From Acaryochloris thomasi RCC1774 (GTDB taxonomy: Bacteria; Cyanobacteriota; Cyanobacteriia; Thermosynechococcales; Thermosynechococcaceae), in contig NZ_PQWO01000042.1 of assembly GCF_003231495.1 (NCBI RefSeq), forward strand, positions 1 through 20,279: DNA of 20,279 bases, in the 5' to 3' direction. The notes beneath the pieces are model-generated. The model worked only from the letters and a program-made list of their open reading frames with translations, made no database searches and was not told the DNA's origin. The first letter of the stretch is position 1, and every line of letters begins with the position of its first letter. Shown one piece after another: positions 15,622-20,279 of this stretch. The position numbers and the translations under genes are program-made.

Positions 15622-15750
15622 CCTGGGGAAATCATTTTTGAATGATTAAAATTACAAATCTCTTTGAAAAGTCAGCATCTGATCATCTGACGAGCGGATC
15701 GGCTAATCTCTGCTAGCGACTCTGTTCTGCGGCCCGACACCCTTGACAAA

Positions 15751-16623
15751 ATGTTCCATAATATTGAGAGATCTACTGAACGCGGTGTCAAAAAGGATTC
15801 CCATGACAGGAGCTTCTTCAGGAGTTTGCAGAACAATGACAGGTCAAGTCTCAACTCTTCGGCAGCTGAGTCGCCGTTACCGGTGAAAGATCTAAGATCG
15901 AGCCAACGCCCCAAACGGTCTAGTCGAGTCATCAATCGGTTGCTGAAGACTGCGCTTAAAGCGTGGCTGAGATCGCAACTCACCTCTATTGCCGATCTCA
16001 AGATTGAAGTGGAAGGTTGCGATCTCAACCTTTTAGCAGGCACCATTCCAAAAGTTTGCTTGATGGCAGAGAAAGCCGTTTATCAAGGCATTCATTTCAG
16101 CAAGATTGATATTGTTGCCCATCAAATCCAGGTCAACCTCAAGCAGATTCTCAGAGGCAAGCCCCTGCAGCTCATGCAGCCCATTCCCATTGAGTTTTCT
16201 GTCTTGCTGCAGGCCACAGACCTCTACCAATCACGTACCGCTCCCCTAATGCAGTCAGCGGTACGTGATTTGTTGCAAGTACTGCTCAGAACATCACAAG
16301 AAGATGCGATCACAGATGACGCCCTATCTTTGCCAGCCATCAAGATCCAAGAGATTCAGTTTAAGAATAATGGGTTTATATTAAAAGTACAGGTGCCCTC
16401 TGTAATAGATTCCTCGACTGCCACACTCGAAACTTGCCTCACCATTGGTCACCCCCAGGAACTGCTGTTCTATGACCTCACCTATCAAACAGAAAGCAAA
16501 CACAATCATTTAGAGCAGCCTCAGACGACCTCAATCAACCTGGGTACCCAGGTCAACCTAAAATCGCTGCTCCTTACGCCTGCTTCACTCATCTGCAAGG
16601 GACAGATTGAAGTGCAGCCCTAG
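15751..16623 (+). CDS. DUF2993 / LmeA-like protein (cyanobacterial type); start uncertain
   Basis: From about residue 60 the sequence fits my recollection of cyanobacterial DUF2993 proteins: LLKTALKAWLRSQLTSIADLKIEVEGCDLNLLAGTIPKVCLMAEKAVYQGIHFSKIDIVAHQIQVNLKQILRGKPLQLMQPIPIEFSVLLQATDLYQS. The first 60 residues are S/R-rich low complexity. An in-frame GTG at 15883 is an alternative start. Confidence 0.65.
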   Translation: MFHNIERSTERGVKKDSHDRSFFRSLQNNDRSSLNSSAAESPLPVKDLRSSQRPKRSSRVINRLLKTALKAWLRSQLTSIADLKIEVEGCDLNLLAGTIPKVCLMAEKAVYQGIHFSKIDIVAHQIQVNLKQILRGKPLQLMQPIPIEFSVLLQATDLYQSRTAPLMQSAVRDLLQVLLRTSQEDAITDDALSLPAIKIQEIQFKNNGFILKVQVPSVIDSSTATLETCLTIGHPQELLFYDLTYQTESKHNHLEQPQTTSINLGTQVNLKSLLLTPASLICKGQIEVQP

Positions 16624-16722
16624 CAAACAAGTGACGCTAGAGTTGATTACTAATCCCACCGAATAATAATTGGTGAGCCTGGAGAATGGTGCTACGCTAT
16701 AGAGCCAGCCAAAAGGCTCTTG

Positions 16723-16794
16723 GGGCGATTAGCACAGTGGTAGCGCGCTTCCTTCACACGGAAGAGGTCACAGGTTCGAACCCCGTATCGCCCA
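16723..16794 (+). tRNA. tRNA-Val (anticodon CAC)
   Basis: Manual cloverleaf. Acceptor GGGCGAT/ATCGCCC with discriminator A. D arm GCAC-AGTGGTA-GCGC. Anticodon arm CTTCC-TTCACAC-GGAAG (anticodon at 16755-16757). Variable loop AGGTC. T arm ACAGG-TTCGAAC-CCCGT. No encoded CCA. There is one A.C mismatch in the D stem and one in the T stem. Confidence 0.85.
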
Positions 16795-16822
16795 TCTAGC
16801 TGGAAAGTACTAACAATTAAGG

Positions 16823-16863
16823 CTCTGGTGGCACCCCTCTATGTGCCACCAGAGTCTTTTTTA
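16823..16863 (+). terminator. Rho-independent terminator downstream of tRNA-Val
   Basis: Perfect 12-bp stem CTCTGGTGGCAC / GTGCCACCAGAG (16823-16834 and 16843-16854) with an 8-nt loop, followed by a run of six T (16857-16862). Confidence 0.8.
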
Positions 16864-16955
16864 TTGTCAATAAGGAGGGAGTAGATATGTCAGGTTTGGT
16901 CAATTTCAATCATTTTCTGGCTGGAAATTGACAGGAAGACAAGGGAGGTCATAAC

Positions 16956-18344
16956 CTAAACTTTCACCAGCGGCTTAGAGACAGACCGCGATCGCAACTT
17001 TTCCACCAGAACCGGTGACGTCTGCCCCAGTGTTACTCCTCGTCGTCCCGGCTTCACGGGTCGCTTATTGACCAAATTCAGATCCAGCCGCGTCAGAATT
17101 GTAGCTAAAACAATCTTCAGCTCGTACTGCGCCAAAGCCGCCCCTACACAGCGACGCGCCCCAGCCCCAAACGGTATAAACTCATAGGGCGAAAACTGCC
17201 GCTCTAAAAACCGTTCGGGGCGAAATTCTCGGGGCTGAGGATATAGCTCTTCACGTTGGTGGACCAGATACATGGCACCCATGAGCAACATTCCTGGCTC
17301 TAATTGATAGCCGCATAGCTCTATTGGCACCTCAACGCGGCGCGGAAAGGTGAGCATTGCGACGGGATAAATGCGAAGCGTCTCGTTACAGACTGCATTG
17401 AGATAGGGCAACTGCAGGAATTGAAATGGATCAGCAGGGTCGGAGACCGTCTCTAGCTCTGCCATCAGCCTTTGCTTCACTTCAGGAAAAGAGTGAACCC
17501 AGTACATCGCCCAAGTGAGCGCTGTTGCCGTGGTTTCATGCCCCACCAGCAAAAACATCATTAGCTCATCTCGCAATTCTTGATCAGTGAGGCCGTTACC
17601 CTCCTCATCTTTTGCTGCCAACAACAGTGAGAGAATATCAACCCGTTCAGGATCTGCTTGGGCACGTCGCTCACTAATTTCAGCCAACAGAAGCCGATCC
17701 GTTTGTTCCGTCATCAGACGGAATTTCCCGCCGGGACTCCAGTCTCCCAGATCTTTTTGTAGCCAAGGCAAGAATACAATAGCGGAGGTGATGGGAGAAC
17801 CCGTAATATCAAGACGCTGCCCCAATAATCGTTCAAGCTGCTGATAACGTTCTCCCTCATGCAGCCCAAACACAGCCTGCAAAATCACCCGCATTGTGAT
17901 TGTCTGCATTGAACAACGGACATCTATCGGCCCGTTTGTCGGCCACTGCGAGATCACGCCTAGTGTAATCTCTTGAATCAGGCGTCCATAAACGCCAAGG
18001 CGCTCTCCATGAAAGGGGGGCATTACCAATTGACGGCGAGTGCGGTGCTGGTTTCCGTTCAGCATCAGTAGATTATGCTCACCCAGCAGTGATGCCAGAA
18101 TCCGATTGGCATCTCCAGGAGCGCTCAGTTCTTTGCCAGCGCCAACGTCATGAGTCAGTATGTACTGCAGTGCCTTAGGATCGCTGACGATAATTAGGCC
18201 ATCCGATTCACCCCATAGCACTCTAGCGTTGAAAATATCGCCATAGCGTTTGAAATTGGTGTTCAGATAACCCAATGGATTCAAAATCCACTGAGTGAGC
18301 TGTAAAGGGAGTGGCGTTTTTGGGGCGGGAACAGTCTTTGTCAA
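16956..18344 (-). CDS. cytochrome P450 (CYP110-like), 462 aa
   Basis: Heme-binding FGAGARRCVGAALA, ExxR in NETLRIYP, and I-helix LLVGHETTA. The N-terminus PLQLTQWILNPLGYLNTNFKRYGDIF resembles cyanobacterial CYP110 members, from memory. The longest ORF starts at a TTG (18344) and there is no early ATG. Confidence 0.9.
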   Translation of the reverse strand: MTKTVPAPKTPLPLQLTQWILNPLGYLNTNFKRYGDIFNARVLWGESDGLIIVSDPKALQYILTHDVGAGKELSAPGDANRILASLLGEHNLLMLNGNQHRTRRQLVMPPFHGERLGVYGRLIQEITLGVISQWPTNGPIDVRCSMQTITMRVILQAVFGLHEGERYQQLERLLGQRLDITGSPITSAIVFLPWLQKDLGDWSPGGKFRLMTEQTDRLLLAEISERRAQADPERVDILSLLLAAKDEEGNGLTDQELRDELMMFLLVGHETTATALTWAMYWVHSFPEVKQRLMAELETVSDPADPFQFLQLPYLNAVCNETLRIYPVAMLTFPRRVEVPIELCGYQLEPGMLLMGAMYLVHQREELYPQPREFRPERFLERQFSPYEFIPFGAGARRCVGAALAQYELKIVLATILTRLDLNLVNKRPVKPGRRGVTLGQTSPVLVEKLRSRSVSKPLVKV

Positions 18345-18448
18345 GGTGCTTTCTTCTTGTCAACTCGATCAGATTCGGATGCTGGAATTCCATCGCTACT
18401 GACAATCTAACAAGATTCATCGGTATCTGTTGATCTCATCTGTCGCCA

Positions 18449-19756
18449 TTAAGCACATAGCTGAGTAAAGACGCTCTGGATGATTGCGATCGCACTTTCC
18501 ACCTCTTCAGCACTGACCACCAACGGCGGCACAAACCGAACCACCTGGGGACCGGCAGGCACCAATAATAATCCGGCCTCCATTGCCGCTTTGACTACAT
18601 CAATCGATTTGAGGGAGGGGGCCAAAACCATGCCGTTGATCAGCCCCCACCCTCTGATTTCTGAGATGTGATGGGGATATTGAGCAGCAAGCTGTGTCAA
18701 CCCAGATCGGAGCTGTTCTCCTCGCTCCCGCACATTTTCAATCAGTGACTCTGTTTCTAGCGTCTGACAAACGCAGAGCGCTGCTGCAGAGGCAAAGGGA
18801 TTGCCGCCAAAGGTGCTAGCGTGATCTCCTGGCTCAAAAATATTGCAGGACTCTTTGCACAGCATTGCGCCAATTGGGATGCCGCCTGCCAACCCCTTTG
18901 CAAGGGTGAAAATATCTGGCTCAATGCCCAAGTTCTCATAGCCCCAAAGTTTGCCGGTGCGACCCATGCCCACCTGAACTTCATCGAGGATGAGTAGAAT
19001 TCCATGCTGGTCACAAAGCTGGCGGACCTTCTGGAAATATTCAGCGTTACCAGGGTTGACGCCGCCTTCGCCTTGGAGAGGTTCGAGTAAGATCGCTGCG
19101 ACTTGGGGTTGGGGCTGATTTAAGGTTGCGATCGCATCCCGCATCGCCTCAAAATCATTAAACGGCACGTAATGGAAACCCGGAACCAGCGGATTAAAGT
19201 TTTTCTGATACTTTGGCTGACCCGTCGCCGTAATTGTCGCTAGTGTCCGACCGTGAAAGCTTGCATTCGCGGTCACAATCACTGGGTTCTTAATATTCAG
19301 AACCGTATGCCCATACTTGCGAGCCAGTTTAATAGCTGCTTCGTTGGCTTCCGCACCTGAATTGCAGAAAAAAGCACGATCTGCACAGGAATGCTCGGTC
19401 AACCATTGGGCCAGCTCTCCCTGCTCAGGAATGTAGTAGAGATTAGATACGTGGTGTAGCTTTTGAATTTGAGTCGTGACGGCTTCGATTAAAGCCGGAT
19501 GCGCGTGGCCCAACGTACAAGTGGCAATGCCCGCTACGAAGTCTAGATATTCTTTGCCGACTGTGTCCCAAACGCGGCAGCCTTCACCCCGCTCTAGCGC
19601 AATCGGAAAGCGACCATAGGTGCCCATGACGTGACGGTCGAATTCTGTGGCGTCAAAAGATGCGATCACAGTTGTCGGCACAGGGGCCAAGTTGGTGGGA
19701 CTCACGGGCTTATCCTTATGTTGATACTGAATTAGATAAAAGTTCTGTCCTAGCAC
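18449..19756 (-). CDS. argD: acetylornithine aminotransferase (class III PLP-dependent aminotransferase)
   Basis: Very close to my recollection of Synechocystis Slr1022: VMGTYGRFPIALERGEG..WDT.GKEYLDFVAGIATCTLGHAHPAL...QKLHHVSNLYYIPEQGELAQWL..HSCADR.FFCNSGAEANEAAIKL...DEVQVGMGRTGKLWGYE...FTLAKGLAGG.PIGAM. The ORF starts at a GTG (19756), so the start is uncertain. Confidence 0.9.
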   Translation of the reverse strand: MLGQNFYLIQYQHKDKPVSPTNLAPVPTTVIASFDATEFDRHVMGTYGRFPIALERGEGCRVWDTVGKEYLDFVAGIATCTLGHAHPALIEAVTTQIQKLHHVSNLYYIPEQGELAQWLTEHSCADRAFFCNSGAEANEAAIKLARKYGHTVLNIKNPVIVTANASFHGRTLATITATGQPKYQKNFNPLVPGFHYVPFNDFEAMRDAIATLNQPQPQVAAILLEPLQGEGGVNPGNAEYFQKVRQLCDQHGILLILDEVQVGMGRTGKLWGYENLGIEPDIFTLAKGLAGGIPIGAMLCKESCNIFEPGDHASTFGGNPFASAAALCVCQTLETESLIENVRERGEQLRSGLTQLAAQYPHHISEIRGWGLINGMVLAPSLKSIDVVKAAMEAGLLLVPAGPQVVRFVPPLVVSAEEVESAIAIIQSVFTQLCA

Positions 19757-20159
19757 TCTGCGAGCTATCTCTAAAAATCTCCCAGAGCGAAGAAGTGAAG
19801 GACTAAGGAAAAATAAAAGCTGTTGATCGAAGAAATCTAATGTCTAAGTTAGCACGGCCGAACTTGCTCATCGATGAGTCAGCATAAGAAGGTGGGCCGA
19901 CATACACTTAATCTCCTTTGAGAAAAGTCCTTATCAAGTACTGGCTCTACCGCATGAGGGCACTCTAGTACGGAGGCGAGCCCCTCGTCCAAGCAGAGAA
20001 AAACCACCAAAAACAAACAAGGAGCCACGTTGCCAACCTCATTACAGAATATGTCTTCCAAATCTCTTTCACCCTAGTGCTCTAGCCGTTCAGAGAGTCT
20101 AAACATATTCACAAATCAGACCATAGAGACCATCGCGATTGCCAGCGGGAGGTAAGTAG

Positions 20160-20279
20160 CTAGGCGGAATTAAACTTAAGACGGTGTACCTTGTATTTGC
20201 CCTTTTCACCTCGAGCGGTCATCCCTTCGATGACGGCAATCGCTAAATCGTACTCATTGCTAAACATCTGCCCCGCTAT
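20160..20279 (-). CDS. 3' end of an unidentified gene (39 codons plus stop); the gene continues past the right edge
   Basis: My own minus-strand translation: ...IAGQMFSNEYDLAIAVIEGMTARGEKGKYKVHRLKFNSA*, with stop TAG at 20162-20160. Composition is coding-like. I cannot assign a family. Confidence 0.4.
   Translation of the reverse strand: MAGQMFSNEYDLAIAVIEGMTARGEKGKYKVHRLKFNSA

Noticed and set aside
15336-15645. Mutually overlapping ORFs of 99 aa (-) and 90 aa (+) covering the DnaA-box region
   Set aside because: The two frames overlap each other almost completely and both have odd composition. The region is better explained by the repeated 9-mer DNA motif, which would otherwise force repeated peptide motifs (the PVENF / CGK patterns are a by-product of the boxes).
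15672-16046. 124-aa minus-strand ORF antisense to the 5' end of the DUF2993-like gene
   Set aside because: It is L/S/R-rich with no motif and overlaps the conserved-looking domain start on the + strand. It does show that the first 60 codons of the + ORF are themselves uncertain.
16887-16952. Micro-ORFs beside the P450 3' end. One is a 14-codon + strand ORF (16887-16931) with a strong AAGGAGGG SD. The other is a 19-codon minus-strand ORF starting 3 nt after the P450 stop (ATG 16952-16950).
   Set aside because: They are too short to evaluate from sequence alone. I could assess no conservation or recognisable motif. They are worth a look only if ribosome profiling data exist.
18223-18420. 65-aa minus-strand ORF overlapping the P450 start, containing MEFQH. 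I checked it as a possible biarylitide-type (MxYxH) micro-precursor upstream of a P450. A 10-codon ORF, MATDEINRYR, also overlaps the argD stop (ATG 18449-18447).
   Set aside because: MEFQH has Phe rather than the cross-linkable Tyr, is not followed by a stop, and its frame simply runs into the P450 CDS. The 10-codon ORF has no Y-x-H core. There is no support for a RiPP precursor.
19867-19878. Perfect 12-bp palindrome CTCATCGATGAG about 110 nt upstream of argD
   Set aside because: Roughly five 6+6 palindromes are expected by chance in 20 kb. It matches no regulator motif I know and there is no second copy.
1-20279. I searched for CRISPR arrays, toxin-antitoxin pairs, restriction-modification or other defence genes, integrases, reverse transcriptases and biosynthetic megasynthases
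   Set aside because: I found none. The only regularly spaced repeat is the DnaA-box array, and the only mobile-element trace is the IS6 remnant.

Overview
This looks like a cyanobacterial chromosome segment. I counted 13 perfect HIP1 palindromes (GCGATCGC) by eye, and pgr5, argD and several cyanobacteria-typical hypothetical genes are present.

Gene order, left to right:
- 5' part of a cation:proton antiporter gene (-)
- pgr5 (+)
- minus-strand efflux operon: RND adaptor, then a frameshifted extended-SDR, then the RND permease
- divergent PadR regulator (+), with a palindromic operator candidate in the shared promoter region
- decayed IS6-family transposase remnant (-)
- MFS transporter (+)
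- secreted hypothetical protein (-)
- secreted TPR + M48 metalloprotease (+)
- possible unannotated 52-aa membrane ORF (+)
- 541-aa secreted hypothetical protein (-)
- small conserved hypothetical protein (-)
- non-coding region of about 560 bp
- DUF2993/LmeA-like gene (+)
- tRNA-Val(CAC) with a strong terminator (+)
- cytochrome P450 (-)
- argD (-)
- 3' end of an unidentified gene (-)

The most interesting signal is non-genic. Four same-orientation cyanobacterial DnaA boxes (TGTGGAAAA, the complement of TTTTCCACA) sit at 15549-15621 with 21/22/21-bp phasing. Degenerate boxes flank them and an A+T-rich stretch follows, yet no dnaA or dnaN lies in the window. This is a candidate replication origin, a DnaA-titration locus, or a DnaA-controlled promoter.

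Secondary points are the adaptor-SDR-pump operon with translational coupling, its frameshift at a 4-nt tandem repeat, and the PadR operator geometry. I saw no CRISPR array, no recognisable defence system and no intact mobile element. All family assignments come from motif recognition and memory, not database searches.
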